In this document: positions 8,865-19,236 of the stretch, piece after piece
Numbering within the stretch: the stretch's first letter is position 1
Layout: each line of letters begins with the position of its first letter
Source: a virus
Length of the DNA: 40,026 bases
IMG/VR virus record: IMGVR_UViG_3300016644_000071
Span: 1-40,026 of that record
Direction: 5' to 3' (one strand)
Made by a program: the position numbers and the translations under genes
Notes under the pieces: generated by a model
Told to the model about the DNA's origin: nothing
What the model saw: only the letters and a program-made list of their open reading frames with translations
Databases searched by the model: none

Positions 8865-10239
8865 TTACCTTAGCCCCTTTGCTTTTCCAATATTCTACCT
8901 GAGCAGCTGGCACAGATCTTGTACTACCATCAGGCGCTGCCATAGTAACTATTCCAGTATTAGGAGTTACAGGTTTAAACATTTCCTTAACTTTATTTTG
9001 TACTGCTAAAGAATTGTAAGGCTCACTATAACCAAATTGATTTTCAACTACATCACGGGTTAAATTATCTTTTTGTATTTGATTATCAAGCTGCGCAGCT
9101 CGCTCTAATGCTACCTGAATTGCTGCATCTGGGTTTTTATCAAGTGATGGTAACCCCGCAATAAAAGTTGCAATATCACGATCAGAAGTAGCCCCAGCAA
9201 ACATCTGTTTTATTCCCGCCATTAATGGTTGCTGATATAATTCTATCAAAGCTTGATTACGTTCGCTTTCTGTTCCAGACTTGTTAACCGCTCTTTGCGC
9301 CGTTTTTATTATACCGCTACCAGCTCTACCAAAAGCTTCTTTTTCTTTTGATATAAGACTTGCTATTTGTTTATAAGCGTTACTTTGCGTTTCAAGAGAT
9401 TGATGTTCTTTAGCAAGACTATTAACCCAAGTTTGATTGCCCTCAATAACTTTATTCATTACTGCTTCGCTATATTTAGGTTTGGGAGCTTGCATCTCAT
9501 TTTGAATTTGATTTGCTTGCTGCTGATATACTCCAGCATGAGCTTGTTTTAAATTAACGTCAGCTCTTTTGCTTTCCAAACCAAGAGCATCTTCTTGCCT
9601 TTTCATATTAAACGCATAAGCTGCATCTTTAGCAAAACCAGCATTAAGAGGCATAAATTTTTCAAACCATTGATCACCGTATATTGTTTGCGCTGCTGGT
9701 GCAACTGCGCTAACTATCTCATCCGCAGTAATCTTACGATATTCTCCCGTCTCTGTATTTAGAGCTAGACCAAAACCTCCGCTTGCATTCCAGCTGTCTC
9801 CCTCTAGATTCTCAAACCCGGGAATCATTTGTGCCTTGTTAATTAAATCCTTAAACATCATTGTTGCTCTTGGATCATTTGAATTTACAGCAGCAGCAAA
9901 TTCGGCAACAAGCGGTGTATACTTTTGGCCAAATTCGTTTACTGCTAATTGATAGCTTTGTGCTTGCTGCATTTGCGCCTCAAGTTCAGCTGCTTTTGCC
10001 GTAATACGCCCTGCTTGCTCTAGCATCGGTGATAGTTTCTGCCTTCTTTCCTCTGCTGCTGCGCCACTAATACCAGCTCCCATACCAGAAAGCATTGCAT
10101 TAGACATTCTTTGCGCTTCTCCCACAGCTGGTCCGCTTCCTACTTTAGAGAAAGCATTACCTAAATAATCAGCAAAAGTCGGTTGATTTACTAAATCCTG
10201 ATATTGATTTAAAGATTCTTTATATCCTGATGACTTCAT
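8848..10239 (-). CDS. internal virion / ejection protein candidate (463 aa)
   Basis: Helical, coiled-coil-like, Q/A-rich. Overlaps both neighbours. Call rests on synteny only. Confidence 0.35.
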   Translation of the reverse strand: MKSSGYKESLNQYQDLVNQPTFADYLGNAFSKVGSGPAVGEAQRMSNAMLSGMGAGISGAAAEERRQKLSPMLEQAGRITAKAAELEAQMQQAQSYQLAVNEFGQKYTPLVAEFAAAVNSNDPRATMMFKDLINKAQMIPGFENLEGDSWNASGGFGLALNTETGEYRKITADEIVSAVAPAAQTIYGDQWFEKFMPLNAGFAKDAAYAFNMKRQEDALGLESKRADVNLKQAHAGVYQQQANQIQNEMQAPKPKYSEAVMNKVIEGNQTWVNSLAKEHQSLETQSNAYKQIASLISKEKEAFGRAGSGIIKTAQRAVNKSGTESERNQALIELYQQPLMAGIKQMFAGATSDRDIATFIAGLPSLDKNPDAAIQVALERAAQLDNQIQKDNLTRDVVENQFGYSEPYNSLAVQNKVKEMFKPVTPNTGIVTMAAPDGSTRSVPAAQVEYWKSKGAKVIDEQK

Positions 10240-11183
10240 TATTTGTCTTCCCCTATCGGTAAAAATTTGTTAATTATTCCTTTACCTAAAGCTCCTGAGG
10301 CAGCAGTAGTAAATGTTCCAAGCATCTCTCTCATTGGATTACTAGTCATGCTATATCTTTGATATTGGGCATTATTTAAACCAGCAACTCGGTTAGCATC
10401 AACAGCTCCGGCATTAATTGATTGTTGGTTACCGGTATTTAAAGCATCAAGTCCGGCAGCAGTTAAAAACTTTTGCCTATCTTGAGCTAAAGTTGCCTGT
10501 GCTATTTCTTTTTGAATATCCTGACCTCTTAGCTGCATCTGATTTCCTGTTTCTGTGCCAAATCGTGCTAGTTCAGTATTAGCTTGATTTTGCATCATGT
10601 TTCCTCTAGTAACCAGATTGCCAATAGCCTGTTGTTTTAATCCTTGTGCAAGTTCAGCTTGTTTCAGTTCCGCCTCTGCCATAGCATTCGCCCTTTCACG
10701 AGCAAGAGCGACTTGAACGCCGAGAGCCGTTGAACTGTTAGTAAGTCCCATTTTGCTAAGCTTTGTATCTATAGCTTGCTGCTTGAAATCAAAACCACGA
10801 TCTAAGGCATTGTTAACAGCTGTTTTATAACTATTAATTAATTCCTGATTCTGTGGTATTAAATAAGGACTGGTTTGCTCTAATTGCTCTATAGCATTTC
10901 CCAGTCTTGTCATAGCCGAACTTAATGCAATCACTTCTACAGCTCTTTCATCAATATTACGCTCTGGAGACATCCGAGTAGTTTTGCCATTGGGGTTAGT
11001 GAAGTTCATACTAATTTTGCCGTCAACTCCCCTGACAACATCGAGCTTATCACCCATTAAGCCGTCCATGATACTTACGAAATTAATAGGTGTATATTTA
11101 CTCGCTATTGATTCCGATGCTGATAATTCCCTAATTGGTGCAGGGGGTTGTTTTGGTCTAAACCATTTCCTTACTCCACCCAT
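10239..11183 (-). CDS. internal virion / ejection protein candidate (314 aa)
   Basis: Q/A/N-rich coiled-coil-like sequence. Call rests on synteny only. Confidence 0.35.
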   Translation of the reverse strand: MGGVRKWFRPKQPPAPIRELSASESIASKYTPINFVSIMDGLMGDKLDVVRGVDGKISMNFTNPNGKTTRMSPERNIDERAVEVIALSSAMTRLGNAIEQLEQTSPYLIPQNQELINSYKTAVNNALDRGFDFKQQAIDTKLSKMGLTNSSTALGVQVALARERANAMAEAELKQAELAQGLKQQAIGNLVTRGNMMQNQANTELARFGTETGNQMQLRGQDIQKEIAQATLAQDRQKFLTAAGLDALNTGNQQSINAGAVDANRVAGLNNAQYQRYSMTSNPMREMLGTFTTAASGALGKGIINKFLPIGEDK

Positions 11184-11186
11184 ATT

Positions 11187-11561
11187 TTATACTCCATCAA
11201 TCATTAAATAATAATATGTTTTAGGTTCTCTGACATTATACTCGCTAAACCCTGCAAACTCAAGAAGTCTAGGGCTTACGCTAGTGAATGCCGTACTATA
11301 TAAAACCTTTAAACCAAATCCTTTAGCTACAGATATTAATTTACTCATTAAATCGCACTTAAGTTTTCTACTAACCCATCGATTACGCCACTTTGGTACA
11401 ATCTCTATATGCACTTGTCCCCCGACGACGTCCTGTGGGTGTTCATATACAGTCAAGTTTCCGACGTCGTCCCTGCCCTTTCTAATACTTAAATTAAAAA
11501 TAACATCTTCGGACATATTTAAATTAGTTCTTATTATTCTCATCTTATCCCGTAATTCCAA
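11187..11561 (-). CDS. small protein, possibly GNAT-fold acetyltransferase-like
   Basis: IVPKWRNRWVSRKL...LISVAKGFGLKVLY...RLLEFAGFSE loosely resembles the GNAT motif A/B region. Weak by-eye call. Confidence 0.25.
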   Translation of the reverse strand: MELRDKMRIIRTNLNMSEDVIFNLSIRKGRDDVGNLTVYEHPQDVVGGQVHIEIVPKWRNRWVSRKLKCDLMSKLISVAKGFGLKVLYSTAFTSVSPRLLEFAGFSEYNVREPKTYYYLMIDGV

Positions 11562-12603
11562 ATTTCCTTAAAGCTAGATATACATTATTTTCAAAATCGC
11601 CAATTCCAACAGGGACAAAACCCATTACATTCATAGGATCGCTACTAGCTATTACTAAATGTCTTCTTTGTATACGGAAATCAGGCGATAATATCCTTGA
11701 TGTAAAAGGAAATCTTTTTTTGTCAGGGTCTTGCGCAAAATAAGCATATTCTTCCCCCGGTTTTAATCTGAGGTATGTATCATTTATAACTCCAGTAGCT
11801 AATTTATTTTTCGTAATACATTGAACTTTATTAAAATGCACCGCTCCAATAGTACCGGGCTTTACTTTGTTTGGTGTTATAGTTCCATTTTTTACATGCC
11901 GACGTAAAATGATTTTAGACCAATATAAACTCTCATTTTGAGGAAAATCTGGTAAGTTATTCGGAATTATACCTAGTTTATTAAAAGTAGTAATGGTATT
12001 CGGGACAAATTTATCTGTAGTAATAGAAAGATCATTAAAGTTATTACCTGTGATATTTAATGTTTCTGCTACTGTTTCATTAGGTACTGCGGCATCTATT
12101 ATATCTAGTATTTCCTGATGTAAATGTTCTTTTATAATTGATCCATTGGCAATATCAGCATAAGTAATAGCTCTATCCTCAATACTCTCAGTACTGATAA
12201 ATCTATATTCTGGAACATCACCATTTCTATAAGTAAGCACCATATTTTCATATGTTGGACCAGATGCTACATCTAATTGCCCCGCATTATTTGAAACTAA
12301 TACTTTTCCCTTATAAGCATCTTTTTCTATTTTGGTAAAAGCAAGTGTTTTATCTGGAATAACCCTATCTAAAGTGTTAAATGTAACAGAACCATCACCT
12401 ACGTTAGTTATAAAGTAATTAACATTATCCATAACCCCGGGTAATGCTCCTGCTTGCATGTCATTAATAGCTGGAACTATTACATCATTTAAATAATCTA
12501 TTACTGAAACAAACCCGCTATCAAGATTAAAAGATTCAATTATTCTTTTATCATTACGCAGAAGTCTAAAAAAGGATAAATTGCGGTTTAATATATCAAT
12601 CAT
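11545..12603 (-). CDS. tail fibre / receptor-binding protein, paralogue 3
   Basis: Shares an N-terminal module with the two upstream paralogues (..VIDYLNDVIVPAINDM...NVGDGSVTF). The C-terminal two thirds diverge. Confidence 0.55.
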   Translation of the reverse strand: MIDILNRNLSFFRLLRNDKRIIESFNLDSGFVSVIDYLNDVIVPAINDMQAGALPGVMDNVNYFITNVGDGSVTFNTLDRVIPDKTLAFTKIEKDAYKGKVLVSNNAGQLDVASGPTYENMVLTYRNGDVPEYRFISTESIEDRAITYADIANGSIIKEHLHQEILDIIDAAVPNETVAETLNITGNNFNDLSITTDKFVPNTITTFNKLGIIPNNLPDFPQNESLYWSKIILRRHVKNGTITPNKVKPGTIGAVHFNKVQCITKNKLATGVINDTYLRLKPGEEYAYFAQDPDKKRFPFTSRILSPDFRIQRRHLVIASSDPMNVMGFVPVGIGDFENNVYLALRKFGITG

Positions 12604-13662
12604 TTACACCCCAAGTTTTGCTCTAATTACTGGATCAAGTGCTGACGCTGGTATTAAGTTGGTACGATTGCTTCCCGGTCCAATACCAGCAAGCCAAACA
12701 CTATGATCTTGTATATGTTTTGGCTCTATTGCTCCATCGTCAAACTGGTATTCACTTAATAATCTTGTATAAAATCCCCATCCCGGAGTAGGACCAATTA
12801 AAGTATCTGTTATTGATTCATCTATGATATTATCAGATGTAAATGTATAATTAGCATTATCGTCAGTGTTAGGAGCAGAATAGCGTGTTTGCAGACATGT
12901 GTATTTAGCTCCTTGTGATGATTGCACTCCAAGGATGCCGTATCCCCCTATTAAAACCTGATCCGCTATATGTCTATTTTCTATAGAATTATCACGCCAA
13001 ACAAAATTCCAGTTAGTGATGCCAGTTTGTCTTGTAGTAAGTAAGGCAGGGTCAATTTTTTCAGCTGTTATACTATTATCCTGTAAATTTGCTTCTGTAA
13101 TTTGGGCTTCCGCAATAGAATCATTTAGTATTACTCTAGGAGCAGCAAACAACTCTTCTCTAAGTCCAACTCCTAGATGTTCAATTTTAATTGCTCCTAA
13201 GGCTATATGTCCTCCTATTAAAGTTTTATTAGCAATATCGCCAGTAGCTACTTTGCGCCAAGTAGCTGATCTTGCGTTTCTAGAAAATAATATATTGCCA
13301 TTTAAGTTAGATGGTAGAGCTACCCAATTACTATTTGAAGTAGTTGTTATAACACTAAAAGGAGTAACGGGAGTAAATTTTGCTCTTGCAATGGAATAAT
13401 CAGGAAAAATATTAGAATCAATTTTTTGCCATTTAGTAGTACCATCACCGACATTAAGTAAACAGGAATCTGCTAAAGCAGGGTTATTTACTCCTATAAA
13501 TTGACCTTGTACAAAGTTATTTATAATAGGAACTATTTTAGTATTTAAATAATCAATTAAATTATTAAATTGAAAATCCAAATCCTCGGCATTTAATAGC
13601 ATTCCACTATCACGCCTACTTTGGAAATATGCCGCATCTCTTGTAAATTGATCTACACTCAT
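12604..13662 (-). CDS. tail fibre / receptor-binding protein, paralogue 2
   Basis: N-terminal DLDFQFNNLIDYLNTKIVPIINNF...LLNVGDGTTKWQKID parallels 13664-14677. Shares the 21-nt DNA identity CCATTTAGTAGTACCATCACC (13429-13449 and 14444-14464). Confidence 0.55.
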   Translation of the reverse strand: MSVDQFTRDAAYFQSRRDSGMLLNAEDLDFQFNNLIDYLNTKIVPIINNFVQGQFIGVNNPALADSCLLNVGDGTTKWQKIDSNIFPDYSIARAKFTPVTPFSVITTTSNSNWVALPSNLNGNILFSRNARSATWRKVATGDIANKTLIGGHIALGAIKIEHLGVGLREELFAAPRVILNDSIAEAQITEANLQDNSITAEKIDPALLTTRQTGITNWNFVWRDNSIENRHIADQVLIGGYGILGVQSSQGAKYTCLQTRYSAPNTDDNANYTFTSDNIIDESITDTLIGPTPGWGFYTRLLSEYQFDDGAIEPKHIQDHSVWLAGIGPGSNRTNLIPASALDPVIRAKLGV

Positions 13663-13663
13663 A

Positions 13664-14677
13664 TTACAACCCTAATTTTTGCTTCCAATCTTTGGGTATA
13701 TTATTTACCCCTATACATCCATCAGCTAATAATTGCCCTATAGGTCTTGGTGTTTTTAAATTTTCCCAATTTGCATCAGGAGAATATTTAAAACGATTTC
13801 CAGCTAAACTATTATTGGCGATACATCTACTAGTGATCGCCTTAGCGGCAATGTTTCCAACATTAAAAGCTTTGCTTCCCTCTTCTGCGCAATATAAATT
13901 TGACCATATTTGAAACCCAGGTACTATTTTAGTATGATCAACAGGCGAACCTACCCCGGGATAATGATTTATATACTTATGACTTGTAATGAAATTATTA
14001 GGAGCAGTATTACCTCCTAATGCAATTTGTGTGTTATTCAAGCCACATAAATAATTAACCATGTACTGATTAAGTACATTAGCAGTAACCGCTCCATTAG
14101 CTATTTTGCTTGTAGGTATTGTATTGCTAGCAATTAACTGATTTCTAATAATTGTTCTAATAAATAACCTCTCAAAACTAACTCCAAAATTTTCAGACCT
14201 TAGTCCCTCTAAAGCAATTTTTTCACTAGTTATTACTCTATTACTAATTGAGTCATTACCTACTATTTTTTTCCAAATAGGAGTATTCTGGACTCTTGCA
14301 GTTAAAGCTAGACCGCTAGATGCAGGAGTTACAGCTCTAAATATCTGATTATTATCGGTAGCTAATATTGAACCGGGATTTGCTTGCACAAGTTTATTAA
14401 GAGATAATGAATAATCTGGTATATATTCGGCCTTGGGAAAATCCCATTTAGTAGTACCATCACCAACGTTAACAAGGTTTTTATTAGCGTCTACTGGATT
14501 ATTAGAACCGGGTACTTGACTGGAAATTAACTGATTTAATATTGGAACTATAAATTTATTAATATAACTACTAATAGTAACAAATTGTTTATCTAGATCA
14601 CCAGCTTTTATAAAATCGCCTCTAGCTTGTACCCCGCTAAAATAATTTTTATTAATAATTAAAGGATTTAATGCCAT
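13664..14677 (-). CDS. tail fibre / receptor-binding protein, paralogue 1
   Basis: N-terminal DLDKQFVTISSYINKFIVPILNQL...LVNVGDGTTKWDF. Immediately follows the nozzle-like gene. Confidence 0.55.
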   Translation of the reverse strand: MALNPLIINKNYFSGVQARGDFIKAGDLDKQFVTISSYINKFIVPILNQLISSQVPGSNNPVDANKNLVNVGDGTTKWDFPKAEYIPDYSLSLNKLVQANPGSILATDNNQIFRAVTPASSGLALTARVQNTPIWKKIVGNDSISNRVITSEKIALEGLRSENFGVSFERLFIRTIIRNQLIASNTIPTSKIANGAVTANVLNQYMVNYLCGLNNTQIALGGNTAPNNFITSHKYINHYPGVGSPVDHTKIVPGFQIWSNLYCAEEGSKAFNVGNIAAKAITSRCIANNSLAGNRFKYSPDANWENLKTPRPIGQLLADGCIGVNNIPKDWKQKLGL

Positions 14678-16779
14678 TAATTAGCTCCTCCTGCTAGAAA
14701 TAATTTATTAAAAACAAATAAATCATTACTAGTGCCTGATAATTCAATCATTAAGGAATCAGCAGTAAATCTAACTATTTCATGAGTAAAAAATGTTTCG
14801 TTTAAAGGATAAGGTTTTAAACCAAAAGGGGAAACATCATACAATACCCCCTGTTTATCTATTGTTAATTCCTCATTAATACTTTGAGTCTCATCCTGAT
14901 TGGTAAAAATACGCAACTTTACATTAAAAGGTTCTAGAGTTTTACTATCAATATAAACATCGGTATTTGCCCATGTACTTTCAAAAAAAGTCCAGTTATA
15001 GGCAATAAACCATGACATATAACCTTTGCCATATTCAAGATATGATTGCCTGCCAACTTTGTCAGAATAAACCAGCAACTCCCCTTGCGGCATTCCAAGA
15101 TATAAATTTTGCGTAGTGGAATCATATAATAGACTTGAACTTTCTGCAAAATTCTCACTAAATACAACCCATGCTCCCTCACTATTTAACTGATAAATAA
15201 AACAGCTATATTTTATTCTAAATCCTAAAAACCGCCCATAAGGATATAAAAATGCTCTCATACTTCTGAAATCCCTATCAGTTTCTATAAAACTAAGCTG
15301 GCTATTAATATAATGATCAATAGGAGTAGAAAACTGATAAGATACTTGCAGTTGCCTAAAAAGATTAACAGAACTTAAAGAAACAATCCCATATTTGGAC
15401 AGGAATATAAGGTTATTAGGGACTTCCACAAATAAAGTTTGCTGTATTACTCCTACTGGCAAAGTCTGTTCCCATTTAAAATCTGGTAAGGTAATATTTT
15501 GTCCGTCATCATTAGTTGTCGGATCTTCTCCTATCCAAACCTGCGTTGTTTCTCTTCCTAAAAATAAAGTTCTTCCCTCAAACATTGTTATTGCTTCCAG
15601 ATTATCAGGAACACTTGAGTTATTATTTAAATTAATAAAATCAATTTCATTGGTTTGCGGATTGAACCAATCATAAATACTTTCTGTTTTAACAGTATAA
15701 TAAGCTCTCATTGCCAAAAGTGGTGATCTGAATTTATCTTTGTATGTTCTACCACCCGCTACCGCCCATAATCTTTTATGGACTACAGCTAGATAACTAA
15801 ATGATGGACATAGTTTTTGATATATTATTTTTCTAATATTTGCTTGCGGAGCAATATTAACTGTAATTGTCATTACTATCTGATTATTAACTGGAGCAGT
15901 ATAAGCTATATTGGTAATAGTTACAGCTTTATTCTCGGCATCGCTAACTAAGGTAAGCCCATCACCTATTTTTATATCAGCTTGCAAAGTAGCAAGATAA
16001 CTTTGCGGAATTGAAAATGTTAGATTTAAAGCGTTTATAACAATTGGAGTAACATTTGGAATGGGAACCGGAGCTTTTAAAGATACTAAATTAACTCCAT
16101 CATATACTTTTACTGGATCAACTCCATTAGCAATTAATAATTTGCCTTGAAAATTTACATAAGAGACGATAACAAGAGGGTCTACTTGATCAGTTATAAT
16201 TTCGTAAGCTCCATTTGGTGTAACTCTAGCAATCAATGCTCTTTCAATATAAATCTGGAAAGGATTGGTAACATTAGCTCGGAGCACAGGGAAATCAAAA
16301 ACTATTAGTTGATCGGTAGAAGTTACAACGCTAATTTCAGTTTCCACTCCTATTTCCTGTTTAAAATAAATACGTATTCCATCATTAATAGAGTTTCTTA
16401 AAAAGGTTCTATATTCTTCTTGAAAATTAGCTAATACAAGTGTTGCTCTACACCATCCAGCTAAACCCGGATGAATTGCTATAGTAATATTTTCATGAGT
16501 TATGCTTGATTGATCAAGATATCTAACATAAACCAGTTTCTCAGACGTTCCATCTTCTTTTAAAAATGGCATAACAGCTATAACTTCTCGCCAGTAAGCA
16601 GCATCATCAAAAGCAAAACTAGCAGTTAAGCTTGTACCATACCGCAATGCTCCAGTTTTATTATCGCTAACTAATATATTCTGAATAAATCTACCATAGC
16701 TAATATCATCCTTAGTATTGGTATTAATACCTTTAAATGGAAATGGAATTGGTAATGTTTGTGGGTGATGATTAAACAT
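14677..16779 (-). CDS. tail nozzle / tail tubular protein B-like (700 aa)
   Basis: Size and position (after the capsid and a ~200-aa adaptor-like gene, before the fibres) match T7 gp12-type synteny. No motif recognised. Confidence 0.4.
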   Translation of the reverse strand: MFNHHPQTLPIPFPFKGINTNTKDDISYGRFIQNILVSDNKTGALRYGTSLTASFAFDDAAYWREVIAVMPFLKEDGTSEKLVYVRYLDQSSITHENITIAIHPGLAGWCRATLVLANFQEEYRTFLRNSINDGIRIYFKQEIGVETEISVVTSTDQLIVFDFPVLRANVTNPFQIYIERALIARVTPNGAYEIITDQVDPLVIVSYVNFQGKLLIANGVDPVKVYDGVNLVSLKAPVPIPNVTPIVINALNLTFSIPQSYLATLQADIKIGDGLTLVSDAENKAVTITNIAYTAPVNNQIVMTITVNIAPQANIRKIIYQKLCPSFSYLAVVHKRLWAVAGGRTYKDKFRSPLLAMRAYYTVKTESIYDWFNPQTNEIDFINLNNNSSVPDNLEAITMFEGRTLFLGRETTQVWIGEDPTTNDDGQNITLPDFKWEQTLPVGVIQQTLFVEVPNNLIFLSKYGIVSLSSVNLFRQLQVSYQFSTPIDHYINSQLSFIETDRDFRSMRAFLYPYGRFLGFRIKYSCFIYQLNSEGAWVVFSENFAESSSLLYDSTTQNLYLGMPQGELLVYSDKVGRQSYLEYGKGYMSWFIAYNWTFFESTWANTDVYIDSKTLEPFNVKLRIFTNQDETQSINEELTIDKQGVLYDVSPFGLKPYPLNETFFTHEIVRFTADSLMIELSGTSNDLFVFNKLFLAGGAN

Positions 16780-17429
16780 TATAAACCATAGTTTTTAAAT
16801 TTAGCTAATGTTTCTTTATCTTTTTCCCATACATTCCTAATATAAGCCATTTTATCCATAAAGACTTTATTGCTAAAATAAAAGTAATATAAAGCTCCAT
16901 GAACTAAGAATATATGATATGGAAGAGGATAAACAGGAGTATCAGTCTCAAGGTTATCATCGTTAATTTCTTCTACTAACCTTTTGGGATTAGGCACATA
17001 AAAAACATTTATATATTTTTTTGTTACGCCATCAGTAGGATCAATAGCAGTTTGATATTTTAGTCCTGAATTACTTATATTACAAAAAATATAACCTTGT
17101 TGTACAGCATATTCATCAGGAGCAAGGGCAGCATTAGCGTTAGTATAATTCCCCTTTTTTAAAGGAATACGATCAACAAAAACATTTTCTATTTTAAATA
17201 AATTTTCGGGAAATGGAAAAGCAGCAGAATCTTTAAATGTAGTTGATAAAAAATCAAGATAACTAATGCGTCCTATACTTATTGAACTTAAACCAGAAGA
17301 CGCTATTTCGTAAAGCTCATCGTTTGCCATATTCAAGTATTGTAAATAGGCAGCACGTTCTTTAGGCGTTAGTTCGCTTTTATCTGTACTTAAGCGATTT
17401 GTCAGTTCTATTAATTCAGTTACGTTCAT
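16779..17429 (-). CDS. head-tail adaptor / tail tubular protein A-like (216 aa)
   Basis: Synteny only. SD AGAGGTGA lies upstream of the ATG. Confidence 0.35.
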   Translation of the reverse strand: MNVTELIELTNRLSTDKSELTPKERAAYLQYLNMANDELYEIASSGLSSISIGRISYLDFLSTTFKDSAAFPFPENLFKIENVFVDRIPLKKGNYTNANAALAPDEYAVQQGYIFCNISNSGLKYQTAIDPTDGVTKKYINVFYVPNPKRLVEEINDDNLETDTPVYPLPYHIFLVHGALYYFYFSNKVFMDKMAYIRNVWEKDKETLAKFKNYGL

Positions 17430-17448
17430 ATCACCTCTAAAAGGAAAT

Positions 17449-17470
17449 AAAGGAGGTAAAAACCTCCTTT
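17449..17470 (-). terminator. intrinsic-terminator-like hairpin after the capsid genes
   Basis: AAAGGAGGT-(4 nt)-ACCTCCTTT, a 9-bp stem. On the minus strand it is followed by ATTTCCTTTT. Lies between the 167-aa gene and the adaptor-like gene. Confidence 0.5.
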
Positions 17471-17482
17471 ATCTATGCTCCG

Positions 17483-17986
17483 TTATTCACCAGCAGCAGT
17501 ACTGTAGAATAATTGTACCATCGCAGTTTTACCCTCAAATAAAGCTAATTGAGCAGTAGGAATCCTTAAAATCAGTTTTGAGTTAACAACTGATAAAGAA
17601 TTGACGTTAGCTGCTGTTTTATCCCAAATTCCAATAAAAGATGGAGTTGCGCCAGCACCTGCTTGTTCAGTAGAAGCTGAGTTATAAACCCCAAGTAAAA
17701 GAGCGGCGAGTACTGGACGAGTTCCCGGAATACCAAGTTTTACTAAATCAACAGTAAAATAATTATTATTAGCCGCAAGTACTCCACCTGTAGGAATTGT
17801 AATTGCTACAAGTTTACTAATAATCTGATCGGCATAAACAGCAGTAGCAACAATTGGAGTAACACTATCAGCAGCAGCACTGTCTCCTGTAGCACCAGTT
17901 ATTACGCTTGGGTTCACGTTAACTACAGCTCCAGCGGCACTAGCAGCAGCAGGAGTAGAAACATTGTATCTATTTAATATAAACAT
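17483..17986 (-). CDS. Ala/Gly/Val-rich small virion protein (capsid decoration or minor capsid candidate)
   Basis: 167-aa ORF directly downstream of the major capsid gene and upstream of the terminator. Composition only. Confidence 0.3.
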   Translation of the reverse strand: MFILNRYNVSTPAAASAAGAVVNVNPSVITGATGDSAAADSVTPIVATAVYADQIISKLVAITIPTGGVLAANNNYFTVDLVKLGIPGTRPVLAALLLGVYNSASTEQAGAGATPSFIGIWDKTAANVNSLSVVNSKLILRIPTAQLALFEGKTAMVQLFYSTAAGE

Positions 17987-17997
17987 AATTAACCTCT

Positions 17998-19236
17998 TTA
18001 AGATATTGTTGTAAATGAGTGAACTACGCCATACTCAACTAAATTGGTATTATTTCCTTTAACACCTCTAGCTTTGGATGGGTATTTAAGCAATTTAAGT
18101 CCGCTTATTTCATTGTGAGCAAGACCTTTGTATAAATCGTAGTCTGTAGAACTTCTTAAAGTAAATGTAGGAGTTTGACCCATACCAAAACCAACAGCAG
18201 CAGCACCGCAGAAAAGAGAGTAAGCATAAATGTTACCAGCAGCATTGGTAATAAGGAAATTACTAAGTTCTGGAATAACAATAATCATTACACCCTCAAT
18301 AGTTCCTTTATACATTGAACCATAAAGAATTGATGGTTGATCCTGATTCTCAATTACACCTCTATTCACTTGTGCTTGCCATACTGCATCAGCAGCTAGT
18401 TTGTTATAAGTCTCAGGAGCAATGAAAAGCACATAACGCTTATCTTCAAAACCACTATATGTTTTATATTTATAAGGTCTTATAGAAGATTCTTTTACTG
18501 TATAAGCAGCGTTAGTAATTGTTAAGCTTTGACCAGTTGATGCTTGGTTAAACAACTGACGTATATGTGATACGTTCATTAGATTAGTAGCGACAGGGAA
18601 GTTTCCGACTGCTAAAGCAGTTACAAGATCAGCATAAGTAGTTCTACAGTTACCACCTGCCAAGTTTGGATCGCCGATTAGTATTCTAGCTCTTGAAATA
18701 CCACCGCCCGCAGCAACATCAAGACGAGAAGCAAGTATTCTGGCTTTCAAATCCGCATAACTGAATTGTTGATTTAAACTTGGAACAACACCAGCAGCGC
18801 CACCATCAAAAGCAAGTGCAAAAGATTGAAGAATTCTTTTTGTATTAAGCGAATCCGCTTGAGCAAGTAAATCAGCTTTGACATCAGATTCCAATTGAAA
18901 TTTAGTTTGTAAATTCATGAGTTGTATGTCAGTTAATAAAGTTGCATATCTTATTCTACCAACATCTACCATATCACTAACGTATGTTAGCTCGTTCTCA
19001 TTACCCTCTAATTGCTCGTTACCGATAGAAACAACTGGGTCAAAAGTTTGTCTAAGTGGAAATATAATACGATCACCGTCGCCTTTACTTTCCATTTTAT
19101 TGTAAATAACTGCATCACTACCGCCCATAAAACGAGCAAAGTTAGTAACGTTTCTATAATCCTGTAAATAGGGGATTAATACATTTTTTTCAAACAGCTG
19201 GGTTTGAAATGTATTATTACGATCAAATGTTGCCAT
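17998..19236 (-). CDS. major capsid protein
   Basis: 412 aa, immediately after the scaffold-like gene and followed by a terminator. The size and N-terminus resemble podovirus HK97-fold capsid proteins. Not verified by search. Confidence 0.7.
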   Translation of the reverse strand: MATFDRNNTFQTQLFEKNVLIPYLQDYRNVTNFARFMGGSDAVIYNKMESKGDGDRIIFPLRQTFDPVVSIGNEQLEGNENELTYVSDMVDVGRIRYATLLTDIQLMNLQTKFQLESDVKADLLAQADSLNTKRILQSFALAFDGGAAGVVPSLNQQFSYADLKARILASRLDVAAGGGISRARILIGDPNLAGGNCRTTYADLVTALAVGNFPVATNLMNVSHIRQLFNQASTGQSLTITNAAYTVKESSIRPYKYKTYSGFEDKRYVLFIAPETYNKLAADAVWQAQVNRGVIENQDQPSILYGSMYKGTIEGVMIIVIPELSNFLITNAAGNIYAYSLFCGAAAVGFGMGQTPTFTLRSSTDYDLYKGLAHNEISGLKLLKYPSKARGVKGNNTNLVEYGVVHSFTTIS

